Source: the human T2T-CHM13v2.0 reference genome, Homo sapiens
Assembly (NCBI RefSeq): GCF_009914755.1
Contig: NC_060925.1
DNA: 64,000 nt
Strand: one strand, 5' to 3'
A model generated the notes under the pieces. That model made no database searches. It saw nothing but the letters and a program-made list of their open reading frames with translations, and was not told the DNA's origin. Positions 16,201 through 28,739 of the stretch are shown one piece after another. Numbering within the stretch: the first letter of the stretch is position 1; every line of letters starts with the position of its first letter. The position numbers and the translations under genes are program-made.

Positions 16201-16495
16201 CATTATCAAATGGAATCGAATGGAATCACCGAATAGAATCGAATGGAACAATCATCGAATGGACTCAAATGGAACTATCCTCCAATGGAATCGAATGGAA
16301 TTATCGAATGCAATCGAATGGAATTATCGAATGCAATCGAATAGAATCATCGAGTGGACTCGAATGGAATCATCGAATGGAATGGAATGGAACAGTCAAT
16401 GAACTCGAATGGAATCATCATTGAATGGAATCGAATGGAATCATCGAGTGGAATCGAATGGAATTATGATCAAATGGAATCGAATGTAATCATCA
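13245..16495 (+). repeat. ~3.2-kb duplicated block, copy 2
   Basis: ORF landmarks 13536/14448/14940/15408/15912 equal 4141/5053/5545/6013/6517 plus 9395. Confidence 0.88.
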
Positions 16496-19400
16496 TCAAA
16501 TGGAATCAAAAATAACCATCATCAATTGGTATTGAATGGAATTGTCATCAAATGGAATTCAAAGGAATCATCATCAAATGGAACCGAATGGAATCCTCAT
16601 TGAATGGAAATGAAAGGGGTCATCATCTAATGGAATCGCAGGGAATCAACATCAAATGGAATCGAATGGAATCATCATCAAATGGAATCTAATGGAATCA
16701 TTGAACAGAATTGAATGGAATCGTCATCGAATGAATTGAATGCAATCTTCGAATGGTCTCGAATGGAATCATCTTCTAATGGAAAGGAATGGAATCATCG
16801 CATAGAATCGAATGGAATTATCATCGAATGGAATCGAATGGTATCAACACCAAACGGAAAAAAACGGAATTATCGAATGGAATCGAAGAGAATCTTCGAA
16901 CGGACCCGAATGGAATCATCTAATGAATGGAATGGAATAATCCATGGACTCGAATGCAATCATCATCGAATGGAATCGAATGGAATCATCGAATGGACTC
17001 GAATGGAATAATCATTGAACGGAATCGATTGGAATCATCATCGGATGGAAACGAATGGAATCATCATCGAATGGAAATGAAAGGAGTCATCATCTAATGG
17101 AATTGCATGGAATCATCATAAAATGGAATCGAATGGAATCAACATCAAATGGAATCAAATGGAATCATTGAACGGAATTGAATGGAATCGTCATCGAATG
17201 AATTGACTGCAATCATCGAATGGTCTCGAATGGAATCATCTTCAAATGGAATGGAATGGAATCATCGCATAGAATCGAATGGAATTATCATCGAATGGAA
17301 TCGAATGGAATCAACATCAAACGGAAAAAAACGGAATTATCGAATGGAATCGAAGAGAATCATCGAATGGACCCGAATGGAATCATCTAATGGAATGGAA
17401 TGGAATAATCCATGGACTCGAATGCAATCATCATCGAATGGAATCGAATGGAATCATCGAATGGACTCGAATGGAATAATCATTGAACGGAATCGAATGG
17501 AATCATCATCGGATGGAAATGAATGGAATCATCATCGAATGGAATCGAATAGAATTATGGAATGAAATCCAGTGTGATCATCATCGAATCGACGCGAATG
17601 GAATCATAATCCAACGGAAGCTAATGGAATCAACATCGAATGAATCGAATGGAAACACCATCGAATTGAAACGAATGGAATTGTCATGAAATTGAAATGG
17701 ATGGACTCATCATCGAATGGATTCGAATGGAATCATCGAATAAAATTGATTGAAATCATCATCCAATGGAATCGAATGGTATCATTGAATGGAATCGAAT
17801 GGAATCATCATCAGATGGAAATGAATGGAATCGTCATAGAATGGAATCGAATGGATTCATTGAATGGAATCAGATGGAATCATCGAATGGACTGGAATGG
17901 AATCATTGAATGGACTCGAAAGGGATCATTATTGAATGGAATTGAATGGAAGCATCGAATGGTCTCGATTGGAATCATTATCAAATGGAATCGAATGGAA
18001 TCACCGAATAGAATCGAATGGAACAATCATCGAATGGACTCAAATGGAATTATCCTCCAATGGAATCGAATGGAATTATCGAATGCAATCGAATGGAATT
18101 ATCGAATGCAATCGAATGGAATTATCGAATGCAATCGAATAGAATCATCGAATGGACTCGAATGGAATCATCGAATGGAATGGAATGGAACAGTCAATGA
18201 ACTCGAATGGAATCATCATTGAATGGAATCGAATGGAATCATCGAGTGGAATCGAATGGAATTATGATCAAATGGAATCGAATGTAATCATCATCAAATG
18301 GAATTAAAAATAACCATCATCAATTGGTATTGAATGGAATTGTCATCAAATGGAATTCAAAGGAATCATCATCAAATGGAACCGAATGGAATCCTCATTG
18401 AATGGAAATGAAAGGGGTCATCATCTAATGGAATCGCATGGAATCATCATCAAATGGAATCGAATGGAATCATCATCAAATGGAATCTAATGGAATCATT
18501 GAACAGAATTGAATGGAATCGTCATCGAATGAATTGAATGCAATCATCGAATGGTCTCGAATGGAATCATCTTCTAATGGAAAGGAATGGAATCATCGCA
18601 TAGAATCGAATGGAATTAACATTGAATGGACTCGAATGGAATCAACATCAAATGGAATCAAGCGGAATTATCGAATGTAATCGAAGAGAATCATCGAATG
18701 GACTCGAATGGAATCATCTAATGGAATGGAATGGAATAATCCACGGACTCGAATGCAATCATCATCGTATAGAATCGAATGGAATCATCGAATGGACTCG
18801 AATGGAATAACCATTGAACGGAATCGAATGGAATCATCATCGGATGGAAACGAATGGAATCATCATCGAATGGAAATGAAAGGAGTCATCATCTAATGGA
18901 ATTGCATGGAATCATCATAAAATGGAATCGAATGGAATCAACATCAAATGGAATCAAATGGAATCATTGAACGGAATTGAATGGAATCGTCATCGAATGA
19001 ATTGACTGCAATCATCGAATGGTCTCGAATGGAATCATCTTCAAATGGAATGGAATGGAATCATCGCATAGAATCGAATGGAATTATCATCGAATGGAAT
19101 CGAATGGAATCAACATCAAACGGAAAAAAACGGAATTATCAAATGGAATCGAAGAGAATCATCGAATGGACCCGAATGGAATCATCTAATGGAATGGAAT
19201 GGAATAATCCATGGACTCGAATGCAATCATCATCGAATGGAATCGAATGGAATCATCGAATGGACTCGAATGGAATAATCATTGAACGGAATCGAATGGA
19301 ATCATCATCGGATGGAAACGAATGGAATCATCATCGAATGGAAATGAAAGGAGTCATCATCTAATGGAATTGCATGGAATCATCATAAAATGGAATCGAA

Positions 19401-21728
19401 TGGAATCAACATCAAATGGAATCAAATGGAATCATTGAACGGAATTGAATGGAATCGTCATCGAATGAATTGAATGCAATCATCGAATGGTCTCGAATGG
19501 AATCATCTTCAAATGGAATGGAATGGAATCATCGCATAGAATCGAATGGAATTATCATCGAATGGAATCGAATGGAATCAACATCAAACGGAAAAAAACG
19601 GAATTATCGAATGGAATCGAAGAGAATCATCGAATGGACCCGAATGGAATCATCTAATGGAATGGAATGGAATAATCCATGGACTCGAATGCAATCATCA
19701 TCGAATGGAATCGAATGGAATCATCGAATGTACTCGAATGGAATAATCATTGAACGGAATCGAATGGAATCATCATCGGATGGAAATGAATGGAATCATC
19801 ATCGAATGGAATCGAATAGAATTATGGAATGAAATCCAGTGTGATCATCATCGAATGGACCCGAATGGAATCATCATCCAACGGAAGCTAATGGAATCAA
19901 CATCGAATGAATCGAATGGAAACACCATCGAATTGAAACGAATGGAATTATCATGAAATTGAAATGGATGGACTCATCATCGAATGGATTCGAATGGAAT
20001 CATCGAATAAAATTGATTGAAATCATCATCCAATGGAATCGAATGGTATCATTGAATGGAATCGAATGGAAACATCATCAGATGGAAATGAATGGAATCG
20101 TCATAGAATGGAATTGAATGGATTCATTGAATGGAATCAGAAGGAATCATCGAATGGACTGGAATGGAATCATTGAATGGACTCGAAAGGGATCATGATT
20201 GAATGGAATTGAATGGAATCATCGAAAGGTCTCGATTTGAATCATTATCAAATGGAATCGAATGGAATCACCGAATAGAATCGAATGGAACAATCATCGA
20301 ATGGACTCAAATGGAATTATCCTCCAATGGAATCGAATGGAATTATCGAATGCAATCGAATGGAATTATCGAATGCAATCGAATAGAATCATCGAATGGA
20401 CTCGAATGGAATCATCGAATGGAATGGAATGGAACAGTCAATGAACTCGAATGGAATCATCATTGAATGGAATCGAATGGAATCATCGAGTGGAATCGAA
20501 TGGAATTATGATCAAATGGAATCGAATGTAATCATCATCAAATGGAATCAAAAATAACCATCATCAATTGGTATTGAATGGAATTGTCATCAAATGGAAT
20601 TCAAAGGAATCATCATCAAATGGAACCGAATGAAATCCTCATTGAATGGAAATGAAAGGGGTCATCATCTAATGGAATCGAATGGAATCATCATCAAATG
20701 AAATCGAATGGAATCATCATCAAATGGAATCTAAAGGAATCATTGAACAGAATTGAATGGAATCGTCATCGAATGAATTGAGTGCAATCATCGAATGGTC
20801 TCGAATGGAATCATCTTCTAATGGAAAGGAATGGAATCATCGCATAGAATCGAATGGAATTATCATCGAATGGAATCGAATGGTATCAACACCAAACGGA
20901 AAAAAACGGAATTATCGAATGGAATCGAAGAGAATCTTCGAACGGACCCGAATGGAATCATCTAATGGAATGGAATGGAATAATCCATGGACTCGAATGC
21001 AATCATCATCGAATGGAAACGAATGGAATCATCGAATGGACTCGAATGGAATAATCATTGAACGGAATCGATTGGAATCATCATCGGATGGAAACAAATG
21101 GAATCATCATCGAATGGAAATGAAAGGAGTCATCATCTAATGGAATTGCATGGAATCATCATAAAATGGAATCGAATGGAATCAACATCAAATGGAATCA
21201 AATGGAATCATTGAACGGAATTGAATGGAATCTTCATCGAATGAATTGAATGCAATCATCGAATGGTCTCGAATGGAATCATCTTCAAATGGAATGGAAT
21301 GGAATCATCGCATAGAATCGAATGGAATTATCATCGAATGGAATCGAATGGAATCAACATCAAACGGAAAAAAACGGAATTATCGAATGGAATCGAAGAG
21401 AATCATCGAATGGACCCGAATGGAATCATCTAATGGAATGGAATGGAATAATCCATGGACTCGAATGCAATCATCATCGAATGGAATCGAATGGAATCAT
21501 CGAATGGACTCGAATGGAATAATCATTGAACGGAATCGAATGGAATCATCATCGGATGGAAATGAATGGAATCATCATCGAATGGAATCGAATAGAATTA
21601 TGGAATGAAATCCAGTGTGATCATCATCGAATGGACCCGAATGGAATCATCATCCAACGGAAGCTAATGGAATCAACATCGAATGAATCGAATGGAAACA
21701 CCATCGAATTGAAACGAATGGAATTATC

Positions 21729-23504
21729 ATGAAATTGAAATGGATGGACTCATCATCGAATGGATTCGAATGGAATCATCGAATAAAATTGATTGAAATC
21801 ATCATCCAATGGAATCGAATGGTATCATTGAATGGAATCGAATGGAATCATCATCAGATGGAAATGAATGGAATCGTCATAGAATGGAATCGAATGGATT
21901 CATTGAATGGAATCAGATGGAATCATCGAATGGACTGGAATGGAATCATTGAATGGACTCGAAAGGGATCATGATTGAATGGAATTGAATGGAATCATCG
22001 AATGGTCTCGATTGGAATCATTATCAAATGGAATCGAATGGAATCACCGAATAGAATCGAATGGAACAATCATCGAATGGACTCAAATGGAATTATCCTC
22101 CAATGGAATCGAATGGAATTATCGAATGCAATCGAATGGAATTATCGAATGCAATCGAATAGAATCATCGAATGGACTCGAATGGAATCATCGAATGGAA
22201 TGGAATGGAACAGTCAATGAACTCGAATGGAATCATCATTGAATGGAATCGAATGGAATCATCGAGTGGAATCGAATGGAATTATGATCAAATGGAATCG
22301 AATGTAATCATCATCAAATGGAATCAAAAATAACCATCATCAATTGGTATTGAATGGAATTGTCATCAAATGGAATTCAAAGGAATCATCATCAAATGGA
22401 ACCGAATGGAATCCTCATTGAATGGAAATGAAAGGGGTCATCATCTAATGGAATCGCATGGAATCATCATCAAATGGAATCGAATGGAATCATCATCAAA
22501 TGGAATCTAATGGAATCATTGAACAGAATTGAATGGAATCGTCATCGAATGAATTGAATGCAATCATCGAATGGTCTCGAATGGAATCATCTTCTAATGG
22601 AAAGGAATGGAATCATCGCATAGAATCGAGTGGAATTATCATCGAATGGAATCGAATGGTATCAACACCAAACGGAAAAAAACGGAATTATCGAATGGAA
22701 TCGAAGAGAATCTTCGAACGGACCCGAATGGAATCATCTAATGGAATGGAATGGAATAATCCATGGACTCGAATGCAATCATCATCGAATGGAATCGAAT
22801 GGAATCATCGAATGGACTCGAATGGAATAATCATTGAACGGAATCGATTGGAATCATCATCGGATGGAAACGAATGGAATCATCATCGAATGGAAATGAA
22901 AGGAGTCATCATCTAATGGAATTGCATGGAATCATCATAAAATGGAATCGAATGGAATCAACATCAAATGGAATCAAATGGAATCATTGAACGGAATTGA
23001 ATGGAATCGTCATCGAATGAATTGACTGCAATCATCCAATGGTCTCGAATGGAATCATCTTCAAATGGAATGGAATGGAATCATCGCATAGAATCGAATG
23101 GAATTATCATCGAATGGAATCGAAAGGAATCAACATCCAACGGAAAAAAACGGAATTATCGAATGGAATCGAAGAGAATCATCGAATGGACCCGAATGGA
23201 ATCATCTAATGGAATGGAATGGAATAATCCATGGACTCGAATGCAATCATCATCGAATGGAATCGAATGGAATCATCGAATGGACTCGAATGGAATAATC
23301 ATTGAACGGAATCGAATGGAATCATCATCGGATGGAAATGAATGGAATCATCATCGAATGGAATCGAATAGAATTATGGAATGAAATCCAGTGTGATCAT
23401 CATCGAATGGACCCGAATGGAATCATCATCCAACGGAAGCTAATGGAATCAACATCGAATGAATCGAATGGAAACACCATCGAATTGAAACGAATGGAAT
23501 TATC
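21729..23504 (+). repeat. Representative canonical 1776-bp monomer (segment C + subunit A + subunit B)
   Basis: Landmarks at 21729 (C), 22533 (A, +804), 23001 (B, +468) and the next C at 23505 (+504). It contains one GAATTC, in 'ggaattcaaagg' at ~22373. Confidence 0.93.
22423..23358 (+). repeat. Internal tandem 2 x 468-bp duplication (subunits A and B) in each monomer; example copy
   Basis: 'gaaatgaaaggggtcatcatctaatggaatcgcatgg' (~22426) recurs as 'gaaatgaaaggagtcatcatctaatggaattgcatgg' (~22894). The paired 127-aa pseudo-ORFs start 468 bp apart. Fixed A/B differences include ttctaatggaaagg vs ttcaaatggaatgg, ggtatcaacacc vs ggaatcaacatc, and cttcgaacgg vs catcgaatgg. Confidence 0.92.
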
Positions 23505-26500
23505 ATGAAATTGAAATGGATGGACTCATCATCGAATGGATTCGAATGGAATCATCGAATAAAATTGATTGAAATCATCATCGAATGGAATCGAATGGTA
23601 TCATTGAATGGAATCGAATGGAATCATCATCAGATGGAAATGAATGGAATCGTCATAGAATGGAATCGAATGGATTCATTGAATGGAATCAGATGGAATC
23701 ATCGAATGGTCTCGATTGGAATCATTATCAAATGGAATCGAATGGAATCACCGAATAGAATCGAATGGAACAATCATCGAATGGACTCAAATGGAATTAT
23801 CCTCAAATGGAATCGAATGGAATTATCAAATGCAATCGAAAGAATTATCGAATGCAATCGAATAGAATCATCGAATGGACTCGAATGGAATCATCGAATG
23901 GAATGGAATGGAACAGTCAATGAACTCGAATGGAATCATCATTGAATGGAATCGAATGGAATCATCGAGTGGAATCGAATGGAATTATGATCAAATGGAA
24001 TCGAATGTTATCATCATCAAATGGAATCAAAAATAACCATCATCAATTGGTATTGAATGGAATTGTCATCAAATGGAATTCAAAGGAATCATCATCAAAT
24101 GGAACCGAATGGAATCCTCATTGAATGGAAATGAAAGGGGTCATCATCTAATGGAATCGCATGGAATCATCATCAAATGGAATCGAATGGAATCATCATC
24201 AAATGGAATCTAATGGAATCATTGAACAGAATTGAATGGAATCGTCATCGAATGAATTGAATGCAATCATCGAATGGTCTCGAATGGAATCATCATCTAA
24301 TGGAAAGGAATGGAATCATCGCATAGAATCGAATGGAATTATCATCGAATGGAATCGAATGGTATCAACACCAAACGGAAAAAAACGGAATTATCGAATG
24401 GAATCGAAGAGAATCTTCGAACGGACCCGAATGGAATCATCTAATGGAATGGAATGGAATAATCCATGGACTCGAATGCAATCGTCATCGAATGGAATCG
24501 AATGGAATCATCGAATGGACTCGAATGGAATAATCATTGAACGGAATCGATTGGAATCATCATCGGATGGAAACGAATGGAATCATCATCGAATGGCAAT
24601 GAAAGGAGTCATCATCTAATGGAATTGCATGGAATCATCATAAAATGGAATCGAATGGAATCAACATCAAATGGAATCAAATGGAATCATTGAACGGAAT
24701 TGAATGGAATCGTCATCGAATGAATTGACTGCAATCATCCAATGGTCTCGAATGGAATCATCTTCAAATGGAATGGAATGGAATCATCGCATAGAATCGA
24801 ATGGAATTATCATCGAATGGAATCGAATGGAATCAACATCAAACGGAAAAAAACGGAATTATCGAATGGAATCGAAGAGAATCATCGAATGGACCCGAAT
24901 GGAATCATCTAATGGAATGGAATGGAATAATCCATGGACTCGAATGCAGTCATCATCGAATGGAATCGAATGGAATCATCGAATGGACTCGAATGGAATA
25001 ATCATTGAACGGAATAGAATGGAATCATCATCGGATGGAAATGAATGGAATCATCATCGAATGGAATCGAATAGAATTATGGAATGAAATCCAGTGTGAT
25101 CATCATCGAATGGACCCGAATGGAATCATCATCCAACGGAAGCTAATGGAATCAACATCGAATGAATCAAATGGAAACACCATCGAATTGAAACGAATGG
25201 AATTATCATGAAATTGAAATGGATGGACTCATCATCGAATGGATTCGAATGGAATCATCGAATAAAATTGATTGAAATCATCATCGAATGGAATCGAATG
25301 GTATCATTGAATGGAATCGAATGGAATCATCATCAGATGGAAATGAATGGAATCGTCATAGAATGGAATCGAATGGATTCATTGAATGGAATCAGATGGA
25401 ATCATCGAATGGACTGGAATGGAATCATTGAATGGAGTCGAAAGGGATCATTATTGAATGGAATTGAATGGAATCATCGAATGGTCTCGATTGGAATCAT
25501 TATCAAATGGAATCGAATGGAATCACCGAATAGAATCGAATGGAACAATCATCGAATGGACTCAAATGGAATTATCCTCCAATGGAATCGAATGGAATTA
25601 TCGAATGCAATCGAATGGAATTATCGAATGCAATCGAATAGAATCATCGAATGGACTCGAATGGAATCATCGAATGGAATGGAATGGAACAGTCAATGAA
25701 CTCGAATGGAATCATCATTGAATGGAATCGAATGGAATCATCGAGTGGAATCGAATGGAATTATGATCAAATGGAATCGAATGTAATCATCATCAAATGG
25801 AATCAAAAATAACCATCATCAATTGGTATTGAATGGAATTGTCATCAAATGGAATTCAAAGGAATCATCATCAAATGGAACCGAATGGAATCCTCATTGA
25901 ATGGAAATGAAAGGGGTCATCATCTAATGGAATCGCATGGAATCATCATCAAATGGAATCGAATGGAATCATCATCAAATGGAATCTAATGGAATCATTG
26001 AACAGAATTGAATGGAATCGTCATCGAATGAATTGAATGCAATCATCGAATGGTCTCGAATGGAATCATCTTCTAATGGAAAGGAATGGAATCATCGCAT
26101 AGAATCGAATGGAATTATCATCGAATGGAATCGAATGGTATCAACACCAAACGGAAAAAAACGGAATTATCGAATGGAATCGAAGAGAATCTTCGAACGG
26201 ACCCGAATGGAATCATCTAATGGAATGGAATGGAATAATCCATGGACTCGAATGCAATCATCATCGAATGGAATCGAATGGAATCATCGAATGGACTCGA
26301 ATGGAATAATCATTGAACGGAATCGATTGGAATCATCATCGGATGGAAACGAATGGAATCATCATCGAATGGCAATGAAAGGAGTCATCATCTAATGGAA
26401 TTGCATGGAATCATCATAAAATGGAATCGAATGGAATCAACATCAAATGGAATCAAATGGAATCATTGAACGGAATTGAATGGAATCGTCATCGAATGAA

Positions 26501-28739
26501 TTGACTGCAATCATCCAATGGTCTCGAATGGAATCATCTTCAAATGGAATGGAATGGAATCATCGCATAGAATCGAATGGAATTATCATCGAATGGAATC
26601 GAATGGAATCAACATCAAACGGAAAAAAACGGAATTATCGAATGGAATCGAAGAGAATCATCGAATGGACCCGAATGGAATCATCTAATGGAATGGAATG
26701 GAATAATCCATGGACTCAAATGCAATCATCATCGAATGGAATCGAATGGAATCATCGAATGGACTCGAATGGAATAATCATTGAACGGAATCGGATGGAA
26801 TCAACATCGGATGGAAATGAATGGAATCATCATCGAATGGAATCGAATAGAATTATGGAATGAAATCCAGTGTGATCATCATCGAATGGACCCGAATGGA
26901 ATCATCATCCAACGGAAGCTAATGGAATCAACATCGAATGAATCAAATGGAAACACCATCGAATTGAAACGAATGGAATTATCATGAAATTGAAATGGAT
27001 GGACTCATCATCGAATGGATTCGAATGGAATCATCGAATAAAATTGATTGAAATCATCATCGAATGGAATCGAATGGTATCATTGAATGGAATCGAATGG
27101 AATCATCATCAGATGGAAATGAATGGAATCGTCATAGAATGGAATCGAATGGATTCATTGAATGGAATCAGATGGAATCATCGAATGGACTGGAATGGAA
27201 TCATTGAATGGACTCGAAAGGGATCATGATTGAATGGAATTGAATGGAATCATCGAATGGTCTCGATTGGAATCATTATCAAATGGAATCGAATGGAATC
27301 ACCGAATAGAATCGAATGGAACAATCATCGAATGGACTCAAATGGAATTATCCTCCAATGGAATCGAATGGAATTATCGAATGCAATCGAATGGAATTAT
27401 CGAATGCAATCGAATAGAATCATCGAATGGACTCGAATGGAATCATCGAATGGAATGGAATGGAACAGTCAATGAACTCGAATGGAATCATCATTGAATG
27501 GAATCGAATGGAATCATCGAGTGGAATCGAATGGAATTATGATCAAATGGAATCGAATGTAATCATCATCAAATGGAATCAAAAATAACCATCATCAATT
27601 GGTATTGAATGGAATTGTCATCAAATGGAATTCAAAGGAATCATCATCAAATGGAACCGAATGGAATCCTCATTGAATGGAAATGAAAGGGGTCATCATC
27701 TAATGGAATCGCATGGAATCATCATCAAATGGAATCGAATGGAAACATCATCAAATGGAATCTAATGGAATCATTGAACAGAATTGAATGGAATGGTCAT
27801 CGAATGAATTGAATGCAATCATCGAATGGTCTCGAATGGAATCATCTTCTAATGGAAAGGAATGGAATCATCGCATAGAATCGAATGGAATTATCATCGA
27901 ATGGAATCGAATGGTATCAACACCAAACGGAAAAAAACGGAATTATCGAATGGAATCGAAGAGAATCTTCGAACGGACCCGAATGGAATCATCTAATGGA
28001 ATGGAATGGAATAATCCATGGACTCGAATGCAATCATCATCGAATGGAATCGAATGGAATCATCGAATGGACTCGAATGGAATAATCATTGAACGGAATC
28101 GAATGGAATCATCATCGGATGGAAACGAATGGAATCATCATCGAATGGAAATGAAAGGAGTCATCATCTAATGGAATTGCATGGAATCATCATAAAATGG
28201 AATCGAATGGAATCAACATCAAATGGAATCAAATGGAATCATTGAACGGAATTGAATGGAATCGTCATCGAATGAATTGACTGCAATCATCCAATGGTCT
28301 CGAATGGAATCATCTTCAAATGGAATGGAATGGAATCATCGCATAGAATCGAATGGAATTATCATCGAATGGAATCGAATGGAATCAACATCAAACGGAA
28401 AAAAACGGAATTATCGAATGGAATCGAAGAGAATCATCGAATGGACCCGAATGGAATCAACTAATGGAATGGAATGGAATAATCCATGGACTCGAATGCA
28501 ATCATCATCGAATGGAATCGAATGGAATCATCGAATGGACTCGAATGGAATAATCATTGAACGGAATCGAATGGAATCATCATCGGATGGAAATGAATGG
28601 AATCATCATCGAATGGAATCGAATAGAATTATGGAATGAAATCCAGTGTGATCATCATCGAATGGACCCGAATGGAATCATCATCCAACGGAAGCTAATG
28701 GAATCAACATCGAATGAATCGAATGGAAACACCATCGAA

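Larger units (their letters stand above)
1..20700 (+). repeat. Structurally irregular HSat2 sub-domain
   Basis: Successive landmark spacings are 1896, 1766, 2391, 1775, 3922, 1307, 2391, 1774 and 2267 bp; none equals 1776. Confidence 0.88.

Noticed and set aside
21780-21790. AATAAA once per monomer as a polyadenylation signal
   Set aside because: There is no downstream GU/U-rich element or gene context, so function cannot be supported from the sequence alone.
21955-21985. TGA/TTA polymorphism (gatcatgattg vs gatcattattg) that fuses two 81-aa ORFs into 163 aa
   Set aside because: It is an ordinary SNV segregating among monomers. Nothing indicates translation, readthrough or phase variation.
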